From the NCBI GenBank assembly GCA_963773065.1, contig CAVYZN010000014.1, forward strand, positions 32,001-96,000: 64,000 nt of DNA, read 5' to 3'. The notes below the pieces were generated by a model. The model ran no database searches, was not told the origin of the DNA, and saw nothing but the letters and a program-made list of their open reading frames with translations. Below, one piece after another: positions 21,891 through 37,330 of this stretch. The position numbers were made by a program, and so were the translations under genes. Source of the DNA: an uncultured Gammaproteobacteria bacterium. GTDB lineage: Bacteria; Pseudomonadota; Gammaproteobacteria; UBA9214. Each line of letters begins with the position of its first letter. Positions within the stretch are counted from its first letter, which is position 1.

Positions 21891-22199
21891 TTACTTGGCT
21901 TCCGGGGGTTTCACCACGGAGTGCAATACCGTACTGTTCTCAAAGAAAACCGAGTAGCCGTCATAATCCCAGCGGGTAATCGGGGGATGCAGCGGACCTT
22001 CGTTGGAGGGTACGGCGGGATGTTCCGTCACCGGGTTGCCGAATTTTGCGCGCACGGCATCCATGGTCATGCCCCTTTGGGGCGTTACCACCTGGGGGGG
22101 CGACTGGACACTGTCCATCTGCAGCGTATCAGCGTTGGCAGGCCCTGCAAACAGGAAGGCCAGTGATAATGCAAACAGCGCAGAGCGGGTACTATCCAT
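21891..22199 (-). CDS. Small exported hypothetical protein
   Basis: Signal peptide; 'P.RGMTM..V...FG.P...PPITRWDY'. Confidence 0.75.
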   Translation of the reverse strand: MDSTRSALFALSLAFLFAGPANADTLQMDSVQSPPQVVTPQRGMTMDAVRAKFGNPVTEHPAVPSNEGPLHPPITRWDYDGYSVFFENSTVLHSVVKPPEAK

Positions 22200-22418
22200 A
22201 GCTAACTCCTTGGGAAACAGGATAATTTGCTGAATTCCGACACTCGATGGTGACTATATCACCGCAGGAAAAAATACAAAAGCGCTATTTTGAAGCGTGT
22301 GACGCCTGTCACCTATTAAAGGCGATGATCAACAGGTATCGTCATGGGCGCGGCATAGACCAGCGTCCAGCAGCGCAGAGGCAAACAATTAACAGCTCAC
22401 CCCGCTCAGCGTTTTTCA

Positions 22419-23433
22419 GTGGCGCCCATGATGGAGTGGACCGATCGCCATTGCCGCTATTTTCTGCGCCAGATCTCCCGCCACTGCCGGCTCTACAGCG
22501 AAATGGTGAGCACCGCTGCGCTGCTGCACGACGATCCGGAGCGTCACCTTGCGTTTCATCCCGCGGAACACCCCCTCGCTCTGCAACTCGGCGGCAGCAA
22601 CCCGCGTGAACTGGCGGCAGCGGCCCGCATCGGCGAGGGTTATGGTTATGACGAGGTCAATCTCAATCTGGGCTGTCCCAGTGACCGGGTGCAGACCGGG
22701 CGTTTCGGCGCCTGCCTGATGGCGGAACCCGAACGGGTGGCCGAGTGCGTGGCGGCCATGGTCGCGGCGGTTGCCGTGCCGGTCACGGTCAAGACGCGCA
22801 TCGGGATCGATGACCAGGACAGCCTACGAGGGGTTGGCTGACTTTGTCGAAAGGCTGGCAGGGGCCGGGTGCCGCACGTTTATCGTGCATGCCCGCAAGG
22901 CCATCCTGCAGGGGTTGAGCCCGAAGCAGAACCGCAGCGTGCCGCCGCTCAGATACGATTACGTCTACCGCCTGAAAAGCGAGTTTGCCGACCTGGACGA
23001 TCATTCTGAACGGGGGTATCACGCAACTGGAGCAAGCCGCCGCGCATCTCGAACACGTGGATGGCGTCATGCTGGGCCGTGAAGCCTACCATAACCCCTA
23101 TGTGCTCGCCGGGGTCGATGCCCGCTTCTTTGCCGACACCCACCCGGTAGCGGGTCGTGCCGTCATCGTCGAACGCATGCTGCCTTACATTGAGCGAGGA
23201 ACTGAATGCGGGCACCGCACTCAAACATGATCGCGCGACACATGCTCGGCCTGTTTCAGGGCGTGCCCGGTGCGCGCGCCTGGCGGCGGCATCTCAGTGA
23301 ACACGCCCACGGCGCGGGGCGGGCATCGAGGTCATTCAGGGTGCGCTCGCGGCGGCGAGCGTCGGCGACGAACGTAAACACAAGGCGTAAGATACCAAGA
23401 ACCTGTTTCCCGGAATGGGGTGTCCACACATAA
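22419..23433 (+). CDS. dusA: tRNA dihydrouridine synthase A (several frameshifts; 3' end approximate)
   Basis: [50 protein letters not shown]. Confidence 0.9.
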
Positions 23434-23462
23434 TTATGATCGCAGGGTAATAGGGAAGGCCA

Positions 23463-24881
23463 GTGACCAGAAAACAGGATGTGGTGGTGATCGGCGGCGG
23501 CCCGGGCGGGCTGGTCATCGCGAGCGTTGCCTCGCAACTGGGTCTGCGGGTGACGCTGATCGAAAAATCGGAACATCTCGGCGGCGACTGCCTGCACAGC
23601 GGCTGCGTACCCAGCAAGACGCTCCTCAATACCGCGCGGCTCGCGCACCGGATGCGCCAGGCCGCGCAGTTCGGTCTGCCGGCCTGCGATCCGGAAATCG
23701 ACATCAACCGGGTGCTGGACCGGGTCGACAGCGTCATCGCCCATATCCAGCAGCACGATGATCCCGAGCGCTTTCGCCGCTACGGCTGCGATGTGCGCTT
23801 TGGCGCGGCCCGCTTCCTCAATCCCCATGAGGTCACCGTCAACGAGGAAATCATCCGGGGCAAGCGCTTCGTGATCGCGACCGGATCGCAGCCGGTCGTC
23901 CCGCCGATCCCGGGCATCGCCGAAGTCGGCTACGACACCAACGAAACCATCTTCAAACGCCGTGAGCTGCCTCCAAGGCTGGCCGTCATCGGCGGCGGAC
24001 CGGTCGGACGTCGAACTGGCGCAGGCGTATGCGCGGCTCGGCAGCCGGGTGACGGTTATCGAGGCGGCCGACCGGATATTGCCCGTGGCCGACAGCCGAG
24101 GTCTCCGCCGTGCTTCGCCAGGTACTGGAAGGCGAGGGCATCACCCTGCACCTGTCCTGCCAGGTGGCCACTGCCCGGCGCGACGGCGACAGCCGCCAAC
24201 TGTTTCTATCCAACGGCGCGAGCGTCGAATGCGAGCGGATACTGGTGGCCGCCGGGCGGCGTCCGGCCGTGTTCGGTCTCGGACTCGATGAGGCCGGCGT
24301 CGAGCACAACTCCAAAGCCGTTGTCGTCGATGCACGTTTGCGCACCAGCCAGCCTCATATTTATGCCGTCGGCGACGTGTGCGGGCCTTACCAGTTTACC
24401 CACATGGCCGAATACCAGGCCGGCATCGTCCTCGCCAGCTTGCTGTTCAGGATTCCGCGCAAAGTCGATTACCGGGTGATCCCGCGCGTCACCTACACCG
24501 ACCCCGAGGTCGCACAGGTCGGCCTGACCGAACAGGAGGCACAGGCGCAGGGACTTCGCTATGATGTCGCTCGCTTCCCGCTCGATGCCATCGACCGCGC
24601 CATCACGGATGGCGCCGGTGAGGGTTTGCTCAAGATCCTGATTGTCCGGGGACGGGTGGCTGGGGCGAGCCTGGTCGGCAGCGCATGCCGGCGAGCTGAT
24701 CCATGAACTGGCGCTGGCCATGCAGGTCAAGGCAAAGGCAGGGGACATCAGCCGTTTGATCCATGCCTACCCGACCCTTTCCCAGATCCACCGGCGCGCC
24801 ATCAACGCGCACTATGCGCGGCGGCTTTATTCCGGCAAGGCGCGGTTGCTCGCCCGGTTGATCAATCGCCTGCTGCCATGA
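23463..24881 (+). CDS. FAD-dependent pyridine nucleotide-disulfide oxidoreductase (Lpd/MerA-like; frameshifted)
   Basis: GGGPGG, GGDCLHSGCVPSK, YTDPEVA, HAYPT; no C-terminal Cys-Cys pair. Confidence 0.88.
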
Positions 24882-24927
24882 CACTCATGCGGACCGGCGC
24901 ACGGGAAGACTGACGGAATAACACCTC

Positions 24928-25894
24928 ATGCATGCGACATTGCCATTACTGCTGCCGAGCGACTTTCCCGCCATCCGCCGCGGGCGGCTGGAAACGCTGC
25001 AGGTCAACCTGGGTTATCGCTGCAACCAGTCCTGCCTGCATTGCCACGTCAATGCCGGTCCCACGCGCAAGGAGATGATGAACGAGGAGACCCTGGACGA
25101 TGTCATCGGTTATCTGGCCGCCTCCGACATCCGCACCCTCGATCTGACCGGCGGCGCGCCGGAACTCAATCCCGGTTTCCGCCGGCTGGTTGCTCGCCGC
25201 GCGCCGTCAGGGTCATGCGTGTCATCGACCGCTGCAATCTGACCGTCCTTCTGGAATCGGGGCAGGAAGACACCGCCGAATTCCTTGCCGATAACAAGGT
25301 CGAAATCGTCGCTTCATTACCCTGTTATTTGAAAGAAAATGTCGATAGCCAGCGCGGCGAGGGTGTCTATGAGGGCAGCCTCAGGCCCTGCGCCTGCTGA
25401 ACCGGCTGGGTTATGGCAGGACTGATTCCGGTCTGATCCTCAACCTGGTCTACAACCCGCAGGGCCCGGTATTGCCGCCGCCCCAGCAGGACCTGGAGCA
25501 GGATTACCGGAACTACCTCGGCGATCATTACCGCATCGTGTTCAATCACCTGTTGACCCTGGCCAATATGCCGATCAACCGCTTCGGCAGCACGCTGGTT
25601 TCCAGGGGAGAGTTTGCCGGCTACATGGATCTGCTGCGCGCCGCGCACCGCGACGAGAATCTCGCCGGTGTCATGTGCCGCACGCTGCTCAGCATCGACT
25701 GGGAAGGCTATGCCTATGACTGCGACTTCAACCAGATGCTCGGCCTGGCCGCGCCGATCGACGGCCGCGTGAAAACCCATATCTCCAGCCTGGGGGGCAA
25801 GGATCTGAGCGGCAACCGCATCCGGGTGGCCGACCACTGCTATGCCTGCACCGCGGGCCAGGGCTCCAGTTGCGGCGGCGCCCTGGCCGGCTAG
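24928..25894 (+). CDS. arsS: Radical SAM protein of the ArsS / arsenosugar-biosynthesis type (frameshifted)
   Basis: CNQSCLHC, DLTGGAPE, ASLPCY, DCDFNQM, HCYACTAGQGSSCGG. Confidence 0.85.
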
Positions 25895-25906
25895 ACTGAA
25901 TTTTTC

Positions 25907-25973
25907 ACCGCCAAGAACGCCAAGAAAAAACCTATGGAACTGCGAAATAATAAATCATGGCGTTCTTGGCGGT
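25907..25973. repeat. Intergenic palindrome (ACCGCCAAGAACGCCA...TGGCGTTCTTGGCGGT)
   Basis: Perfect 16-bp inverted arms. Confidence 0.85.
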
Positions 25974-26011
25974 TCAATATCATAAAAACGACAGCGCGCG
26001 AAAAACCGGCC

Positions 26012-26722
26012 ATGACGGCTGCTGCTGAGCCGGGCATGATATCCATCATCATGCCGGTGCTGAACGAGGCCGGCGGCATCGTGGACACGCTCGAGGCATT
26101 GCAGGGCATGCGCCGGCGTGGCCACGAGATCATCGTGGTCGATGGCGGCAGCACCGACAACACCTGGCAATTGTGCGCGCCGCTGGCTGACCGGATCATC
26201 CCTGCGGCCACCGGCCGTGCCAGGCAGATGCAGGCCGGCGCCGCGCTGGCCCGTGGTTCGGTGTTGTGGTTTCTTCATGCCGACACGCGGGCGCCCCAGG
26301 ACGCGGATCGGGCCATCGGCGAATCGCTCGGCTGTCGGCAATCGCCGGTGGGGACGTTTCGACGTGCGCTTCCCGCAAAACGGCCCGGTGCTCAGGCGCC
26401 GTTGCGGCCCTGATGAATCTGCGTTCCCGGCTGACAGGGATCGCTACCGGTGACCAGGGTATATTCGTTACCCGCGAGCTGTTCGATCGTGTCAACGGGT
26501 TCCCGCAAATTCCGCTGATGGAGGACATCGCGCTCAGCCGCCTGCTGAAACACGACTCACGGCCTGTCTGCCTGCATGACAAGCTCTCCACCTCCGCGCG
26601 CCGCTGGCAGGAGCACGGCACCCTGCGCACCATCCTGGTCATGTGGTCGCTGCGGCTGGCCTATTTCCTCGGTGTGTCACCCGTGCGGCTGGCACACTTT
26701 TACGAGACTCGACCGGGCATGA
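26012..26722 (+). CDS. GT2 glycosyltransferase, TIGR04283 type (frameshifted)
   Basis: SIIMPVLNE, VVDGGSTD, GRARQM, FLHADT, TGDQG, PLMED, TSARRW. Confidence 0.85.
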
Positions 26723-27373
26723 AATATCCGGCCTCACGCCTGCTCGTCTTCACCAGGGCGCCGCTGCGCAGGACAGGTCAAGACCCGGCTGATACCCCAG
26801 CTTGGCGCGCAGGGCGCGGCCGATTTTCACGCCCGTCTGATACACCGCTGTCTGGAGACCGTCACACGGGCCGCCTTGTGCCCGGTCGAACTGTGGTGCA
26901 GCCCGTCGCGGGAGAGCCGTTTTTCCAGGCCTGCCGGGAACGCCATGCCATGGAACTGCATGATCAGGCGTTGGGCGATCTCGGGGAACGCATGCACGCC
27001 GCCCTGAGTTCGGCCCTTGGGCGGGCCGAGTCAGCCGTCCTCATCGGAACCGACATACCGTCGCTGGACGCAGCCGATCTCGATGCGGCATTCCAGGCGC
27101 TGCAACAGGGCAAGGATGCCGTCGTGGGACCGGCCCGTGATGGCGGCTATTACCTGATCGGGTTGAAGCATGCCAATCGGCGGCTGTTCGACCAGATGCC
27201 CTGGGGAACTCCGGCCGTCTTTCAGGAGACAGCCACGCGTCTGCGGCAGCTTGAGCATGGATTGGCTGCGCCTGCGTGAGCACGGGGATGTGGATACGCC
27301 GGAAGACTTTCGCCGCCTTCCCGAATCCTTCAGAATAGCCGCCGGCTCAGGCGATACCGCATCGAGCGGTTAA
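26719..27373 (+). CDS. Glycosyltransferase-like protein, TIGR04282/DUF2064 type (frameshifted)
   Basis: GQVKTRL, DLGERM, IGTDIP, GPARDGGYYLIG, DVDTPED. Confidence 0.85.
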
Positions 27374-27545
27374 CGCCGACTGGCCAGGATCGGCAAATAA
27401 AAAAATAATTGTCGTTCCATGGGTCAAATTAACCGCGGTGGCTGGCAAAATAGCGCATCTTGTTCTATAAAAAGCGGTATGATCAGTCAATAATATCAAG
27501 GACTTTTGTACATTTTTTGAAACCATACCTTTAAGGAGTTAGGCA

Positions 27546-28055
27546 ATGAGGAGACTTTATTTTCTGCTGCCAGGCATCGATAGCGCGAAGACCATCGTGG
27601 ATGAACTCCTGCTGGCCCGCATCGAGGAACGGCATATCCATATCGCCGCCGCTGACCATCATGCCCTGTCGGAGGCCCATTTGCCGGAAGCTAACCTGCT
27701 GCAGGAAAGCGACTTTGTCCCGGCGGTGGAGCGGGGTCTCGCGATCGGCGGGGCTACCGGTGTCGTGGCAGGCATCGCGGCGATCACCTTCGGCGGCTTG
27801 GCCCTGGCGGGCGGCGCGATACTCGGCATCGGTCTGGCGGGTGCGGGCGTTGGCGCCTGGATCTCCGGCATGATCGGCGTCTCGGCGCCCAGTTCACGGC
27901 TGAAGGAATTTGAGGCGGCGATTGAAAAGGGCAGCCTGATGATGATGGTGGATGTGCCCAAGGCCCGCGTGGAAGAAATCACGATGCTGGTCAAGTCGCA
28001 CCATCCCGAGGCCGAAATCGAGGGCACCGAGCCGGTCATCCCGGCCTTCCCGTAA
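27546..28055 (+). CDS. DUF1269-like membrane protein
   Basis: AAGGAG RBS; MRRLYFLLP; Gly-zipper helices. Confidence 0.75.
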   Translation: MRRLYFLLPGIDSAKTIVDELLLARIEERHIHIAAADHHALSEAHLPEANLLQESDFVPAVERGLAIGGATGVVAGIAAITFGGLALAGGAILGIGLAGAGVGAWISGMIGVSAPSSRLKEFEAAIEKGSLMMMVDVPKARVEEITMLVKSHHPEAEIEGTEPVIPAFP

Positions 28056-28103
28056 ACCGCTTTCGGTTTTGGTATGGTACGGCCGGCAGACGCCTGTGTT
28101 CTG

Positions 28104-28652
28104 CTACAGATACAGGCGCCTGATTTCCTCGTCCGGCTCGCTGCGTTCCCATACCTCCATGAAGTACTTCTCCCAATCCGCCACCTTGCCGGGATCATGG
28201 AAGTTGGCGGTGCCTTCGTAGCGGCTGGCTATCGGCCGATGCAGGTAGCCGCAGCCGTCCGCCAGCAGCAATGATTCGTGGAAGTTGCGGTATTGCGGTC
28301 CGGGACGACGCAACTGGATGGCGGAACTCAGGCGCCGGGCGATCTCGATCAGGCGATGGCCGTGCTGCACGACCTTGCGGGCATCGTGAAGCAGGATCCA
28401 GATGCGCGACTGGCTGTGCGTGCGAGCCAGCCGGCTGACCGCATCCAGAAACGCGGCTTCATCGTAGATGGCGGGTTCGAGGTCCTCGGTGTGCAGCAGC
28501 AGGGTGCGCTGCGCCTGGGCGGCCAGCGCGTGCGCCACCGCGCAGGCCTCATGCTGTCTTTCAATCTCGAACTCCAGGCTGGAAACACCGAGGCGCAGAT
28601 CATCGAGATTGAGTTGTACGGCCGTGGTCTTGCCGTGTTCTGGCTGGTCCAT
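28104..28652 (-). CDS. Conserved hypothetical protein (type usually found beside a GNAT gene downstream of purB)
   Basis: 'DLEPAIYD...HRLIEIARRLSS..LRR...WERS..D.EIRRL'. Confidence 0.7.
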   Translation of the reverse strand: MDQPEHGKTTAVQLNLDDLRLGVSSLEFEIERQHEACAVAHALAAQAQRTLLLHTEDLEPAIYDEAAFLDAVSRLARTHSQSRIWILLHDARKVVQHGHRLIEIARRLSSAIQLRRPGPQYRNFHESLLLADGCGYLHRPIASRYEGTANFHDPGKVADWEKYFMEVWERSEPDEEIRRLYL

Positions 28653-28669
28653 AATCTACACCCGCTGTT

Positions 28670-28807
28670 TCACTTGTTTTCATTATTGCTGGTAATGAGC
28701 GTTTTCGCCATTATCAGGTGCTCGATACCGGCTTCGGTGTAGGGCCGGCCTTGTTCCCGGAATCCCGCCTTGCGGTAAAAACCGGCGACCGCGCACTGCG
28801 CAAGACC
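28670..28807 (-). pseudogene. C-terminal fragment of an ElaA/YjcF-like GNAT acetyltransferase
   Basis: Manual translation LAQCAVAGFYRKAGFREQGRPYTEAGIEHLIM; no N-terminus; abuts the purB stop. Confidence 0.7.
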
Positions 28808-28808
28808 A

Positions 28809-32875
<4,067 letters not shown>

Positions 32876-32935
32876 TAGAGTCTCCTGCGAACTTCATCAT
32901 GGCTGGTCAGGGCAGTGCCCGGCGAACTGGCGGTG

Positions 32936-33637
32936 TTACCCGACGAAATGCCGCCATCGGGAGGCGATGATTATACATGTAAACGAAGGGCGGGGACGGG
33001 TCAACGGCCCTGGACGCAGGTCATGCAGCAATGATTCGAGCGCCTCCTGCAGGGCCTTGCGGCGCAACACGAGCGTCAGGCGCCCGCCGCCGCACTGCCG
33101 CCATAATACGGCCGCACGGATGGCCGCCAGCAGCAGGGTGCGTATCAGGTTCTGGTTGTCCGGATTTCCGAGTATCTCCGGCTTCCCGTTGACCAGCACC
33201 TGCGGACGCAGTGTGCTCACGGTCTGCTTGTAGGCAGCGGCCAGGCTGGCGATGACGTCGGGATGCGTCAGGTCGTGAAATTCGGCCAGCCCGCGGGTCC
33301 TGTCGATGGCGGCACGGATGCCGTCGAGCATGGCCCGATGCCTGGCAAGCTTGCGCTCCAGATACAGCACGGTGATGGCGTAGCGCGTCAGTTCCAGATC
33401 ACGCCGTCCCTTGTCGTTGCTGATCTGGCCGAGGGCCGTCTCCAGCCCTGACTGGATCCCTGCCAGATCACCGAAAACGGTTTCCGGGGATACCGGGTCT
33501 GTATTGAAAAGACCGGTAAGGCAGGCATTGAGGGCGACACTGTCGCGGTATCTGCCGGTCGCAATCTGCTGTACCAGCTTGACGGCCATGAACAGCCCGG
33601 CCAGGGCGATGGCGAGATGCCGCGGATTCGCTTTCAT
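32936..33637 (-). CDS. hflD: High-frequency lysogenization protein HflD (3' end uncertain)
   Basis: 'IRTLLLAAIRAAVLWRQCGG'; downstream of mnmA. Confidence 0.9.
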   Translation of the reverse strand: MKANPRHLAIALAGLFMAVKLVQQIATGRYRDSVALNACLTGLFNTDPVSPETVFGDLAGIQSGLETALGQISNDKGRRDLELTRYAITVLYLERKLARHRAMLDGIRAAIDRTRGLAEFHDLTHPDVIASLAAAYKQTVSTLRPQVLVNGKPEILGNPDNQNLIRTLLLAAIRAAVLWRQCGGGRLTLVLRRKALQEALESLLHDLRPGPLTRPRPSFTCIIIASRWRHFVG

Positions 33638-33664
33638 GACTAGGTGTTTAGCCTTGACGATCTG

Positions 33665-33807
33665 TTTACCGCAGAGACGCGGAGGACGCAGAGCGATCTC
33701 ATTCATGGAAACAAGCAGGTAGCAGGACCACAAAGCCACGCAGTATCGTTTCTAGGATTTCAACGCAAATAGTGTTTTCCCTGCGTCCTCCGCGTCTTTG
33801 CGGTGAA
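33665..33807. repeat. Intergenic palindrome (ACCGCAGAGACGCGGAGGACGCAG...CTGCGTCCTCCGCGTCTTTGCGGT)
   Basis: Long inverted arms; same family as 20689 and 25907. Confidence 0.85.
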
Positions 33808-33820
33808 TAGTGTTGATCGC

Positions 33821-34897
33821 TTATAGGGCCGCCTCGATAACGCCGCCGCCCAGACACACCTCACCGTCGTAGAACACCACGGATTGTCCCGGCGTGACCG
33901 CGCGTTGCGGTTCCCTGAATTCGACCATACAGCCGCTACCTGAACCGCGGGTGACGAGGCAGGGCTGGTCTGGTTGGCGGTAACGGATACGGGCGGTGCA
34001 GGTGAGAGGCAGTGCCGCGGGCAGGCCGGCGATCCAGTGCAGCCGGCCGGCGCGCAGGCGCCGGTTGAACAAGGCCGGGTGATTCCCCCCCTGGACGACG
34101 CGCAGGATATTGTTCCGCGGGTCCTTATCCGCGACATACCACGGTTCACCCGCCGACGCCTTTCTACCGCCGATACCCAGCCCCTGCCTCTGGCCGATGG
34201 TATGGAACATCAGTCCCTGGTGTTCGCCGATGATCTCATCATTCAGCGTCCTGATTTCCCCCGGCCGTCTCGGCAGGTAGCGCTCCAGGAATTCCCGGAA
34301 TCTGCGTTCCCCGATGAAACAGATTCCGGTGCTGTCCTTTTTGCCATGATTCTGAAATCCCGCCCGCGCAGCCAGCTCGCGCACCGCCGTCTTCTCCAGG
34401 TGACCAATGGGGAACAGGCTGCGTTCGAGCTGTGGCTGGTTCAGGGTATGCAGAAAGTAGGTCTGGTCCTTCTTCCTGTCCGCGGCTCTCAACAGGCGGA
34501 CCGCGCCGTCCTTGTCAACCCGGGCATAATGGCCGGTCGCGATGGCGTCGGCGCCGTGAGCCAGCGCGTAATCGAGAAAGGCGCGGAATTTGATTTCCTG
34601 GTTGCACAGGATATCGGGATTGGGCGTGCGCCCGGCCTGATATTCATCCAGGAAGTGTCTGAATACGCGGTTCCAGTATTCCGCCGAGAAGCTGACCGTC
34701 TGTAACTCGATATCCAGCCGTTCGCAGATGGCGCGGGCATCCTGCAGGTCCTGCTCAGCCGGACAGTAAGCGTCATCGTCATCGTCATCCCAGTTCTTCA
34801 TGAAGACGGCCGTCACCTGGTGGCCGGCCCGCTTGAGCAGCAGCGCAGCGACCGCGGAGTCCACGCCGCCGGACAATCCAACCGCGATCCGGCTCAT
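33821..34897 (-). CDS. mnmA: tRNA 2-thiouridylase
   Basis: [41 protein letters not shown]. Confidence 0.97.
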   Translation of the reverse strand: MSRIAVGLSGGVDSAVAALLLKRAGHQVTAVFMKNWDDDDDDAYCPAEQDLQDARAICERLDIELQTVSFSAEYWNRVFRHFLDEYQAGRTPNPDILCNQEIKFRAFLDYALAHGADAIATGHYARVDKDGAVRLLRAADRKKDQTYFLHTLNQPQLERSLFPIGHLEKTAVRELAARAGFQNHGKKDSTGICFIGERRFREFLERYLPRRPGEIRTLNDEIIGEHQGLMFHTIGQRQGLGIGGRKASAGEPWYVADKDPRNNILRVVQGGNHPALFNRRLRAGRLHWIAGLPAALPLTCTARIRYRQPDQPCLVTRGSGSGCMVEFREPQRAVTPGQSVVFYDGEVCLGGGVIEAAL

Positions 34898-34931
34898 TTT
34901 CCTCTCAGGCCGGTCCCGGCGCAGGCGCCTC

Positions 34932-35536
34932 TCACTCATCATCGGGTGCGCCGCCGGCTTTCCAGACCTCAAGCCTCGCGATGTAGGGCGGCTGGCCGTT
35001 ATCCAGGAACCAGGAGTCAACGGCATACCGGTCGCCACTCGCGGTTTCCTCGATGACCGCGGTCGTGTGCGGCATGCCGACAAACAGCCCGAAACGGGTC
35101 GAACGTTCGAGAACCCGATGATGGCGCAGCAGTCCGCCACGCTCCAGCAGGCGCAGATAGGTGGTGGTGTTGGTGGATTCATCGATACAGTCGAGTTGCC
35201 CGGGTTGTCCGAAACCGGGTAGATTTCTGCCCTTATCGCGGTACGTCCCGGTATGCCGGCCGACGATGTCCTCGAAGACGGCAATGGACCGGGCAATGGC
35301 GAGGCGTTCGTCTCCCGCTGATCAATGCCGGGTGTTTGCAAGGCTGCGGTGGCCAGGCGCCATTCATCCTGCGACAGGGAATCCGTCACGATGCTGGTGC
35401 AACTGTGGTCAAAGCAGACGGAGTAGCGTTCCGGGGTCGGTTCCGTGATCTTGTCGGCAGGCATGATACCACCCGCCGCCAGAAGACCGGGCGCCAGGAA
35501 AGCCAATGACAGGATCGTGCGCCGCAGGTTATTCAA
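34932..35536 (-). CDS. Exported hypothetical protein (frameshift near 35320)
   Basis: Signal peptide; second frame gives [16 protein letters not shown]...HTTAVI...YAVDSWF. Confidence 0.7.
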
Positions 35537-35990
35537 TGTCCGCGAGCACCGAAAGCGGATAGCGGGCTCCCGCGAGGTAGTCTTCTATCGATTTCAACAC
35601 CAGCGGACTGCGCAGCTTCTCGGGCTGCCCGCGAATTTCGCCGGCGCTCAACCAGAGAGTGCGTTCGATAGTCGCGTCAAGCTGCCGGTTGGAATCATGG
35701 CCGATACCGGAACCGGCAAAGGCCACCCGCAGATAGGTTATCCCTTTTACCGGGTGGCGCCAGCGATACATCCCGATGATCGCGGCAGGCTGGAAATGCC
35801 AGCCGGTCTCTTCGAGGGTTTCCCTGATAACGGCCGCGACCAGACTCTCGCCTTCCTCCAGGTGTCCTGCCGGTTGATTGAACACCGACCGGCCTGATTC
35901 ACGTTCCTGAACCAGGAGAAAACGCCCCCGGTGTTCAATCACGGCGGCAACGGTCACATGCGGCGTCCAAACCATTTCGTATAGTTTCAA
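35529..35990 (-). CDS. nudJ: Nudix hydrolase
   Basis: [36 protein letters not shown]; synteny with mnmA. Confidence 0.85.
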   Translation of the reverse strand: MKLYEMVWTPHVTVAAVIEHRGRFLLVQERESGRSVFNQPAGHLEEGESLVAAVIRETLEETGWHFQPAAIIGMYRWRHPVKGITYLRVAFAGSGIGHDSNRQLDATIERTLWLSAGEIRGQPEKLRSPLVLKSIEDYLAGARYPLSVLADIE

Positions 35991-36234
35991 TCAGTTAGGG
36001 TGCAATTATGCCATGTATATACGGGAAAAAGCCAATTACCGCGCAGATCGGGGCAATTTTCCCGTCAGCAATACCGTTGCGAAGCAGTCTGAACGGTAAA
36101 TAGGGTTGGAATTGCCACTCGCAGAACAACTCCGATTCACCTATACTTCGAACCTCATTTCGCATCGCGCGCCCCGTCCGTGGTGGTAATCTCGGTGCAT
36201 AAATGTAATGTCAAACAAACACTAAACGTTAAAC

Positions 36235-37187
36235 ATGCCTAATGAGGAGGAGTGGGTAATGATAGCCATGCTGAGAAAAGCCATACTGATGGGAATTTTC
36301 TGTGTCTTGTCCGTTGGCAGCGCCATAGCGGGGGATGTCCTGATGCCTTTCGTGCTGGCTTACAAGACCACGGGTGATGTGAGTTCCGTGGCCTCGGCTG
36401 TCAAGGGCAAGCTTACCGGCGCTGGATTTGAAGTTGTCGGTGAATATTCACCTTATGCCGGTGCCGATATCATCGTGGTTACCAACGCCGCGCTGAAGGC
36501 CGCCGCCGCCAAATCCGAACGCGGTGGTTACGGGGCGGCGCAGCGCGTAGCCATCACCAAGAACGGTGATGACGTCGAGGTCACCTATACCAACCCGATC
36601 TACATGGCGGCTGTCTACCGCATGGGGAGCGACCTGGCTGACGTCCGTGCCAAGCTGCAAGGCGCGCTCGGCGCCGAGTCGGATTTCGGCTCGGAAAAGA
36701 ATCTGACCGCCGATGACCTGCGCAAATATCACTACACGGTCATGATGGAGTATTTCGATGACCCCAGCGATCTGGCCGAGTATGGCAGCCATGCTGAAGC
36801 CGTTAAGGCCGTCGAGGATGCACTGGCTGCCGGCAAGGGCGGGACCGCCAAGGTCTACCGCATCGATATTCCCGGCAAGGATGAGACCGTATTCGGCGTG
36901 GCCATGAAGGGCGTCAACGCCGAGGACTGCAGCAGTGACGAGTTCATCATGAGCCGTATCGATAAGAGCACGCCACGTCATACGGCCCACCTGCCCTATG
37001 AGATTCTGGTCAACGGCAATGCGGCTGAGGCGCTTTATGGACGTTTCCGTATCGCCATCGATTGGCCGCATCTGCCAATGGTGGCCAGCCAGACGGGTGC
37101 GACCTTTTTCAGCATCATGTGTTCACCGAATGCAATCGAAGAGGCCCTGACCAAGGCCTCCGGTGCGAGAACCGTAAGCATCGATAA
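36235..37187 (+). CDS. Exported hypothetical protein (true stop probably before the 37222 terminator)
   Basis: Signal peptide and coherent codon usage to ~37170; ORF-track extension runs through a terminator into icd. Confidence 0.7.
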
Positions 37188-37221
37188 TCTGCCGGCATGG
37201 GTACCGGCAGGCGTGGATCCG

Positions 37222-37253
37222 AAGACCCCTGCCTTCTGCAGGGGTCTTTTTTT
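37222..37253 (+). terminator. Rho-independent terminator
   Basis: AAGACCCCTGC-cttct-GCAGGGGTCTT followed by a T run. Confidence 0.85.
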
Positions 37254-37330
37254 GCGTGTCATCCTGTACAATTTTCCACCCTGCCGTACGAATTCATCAC
37301 TTTCCATTAAACATCGCAATGGATGGTTAC

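Noticed and set aside
23463-24881. Mercuric reductase merA
   Set aside because: No C-terminal Cys-Cys pair and no mer operon; context is the ArsS cluster.
25860-25894. Selenocysteine in the radical SAM C-terminus
   Set aside because: The codon in GSSCGG is TGC.
33821-35536. 571-aa MnmA with a signal peptide
   Set aside because: Frameshifted upstream exported protein read through into mnmA; true mnmA starts at 34897.
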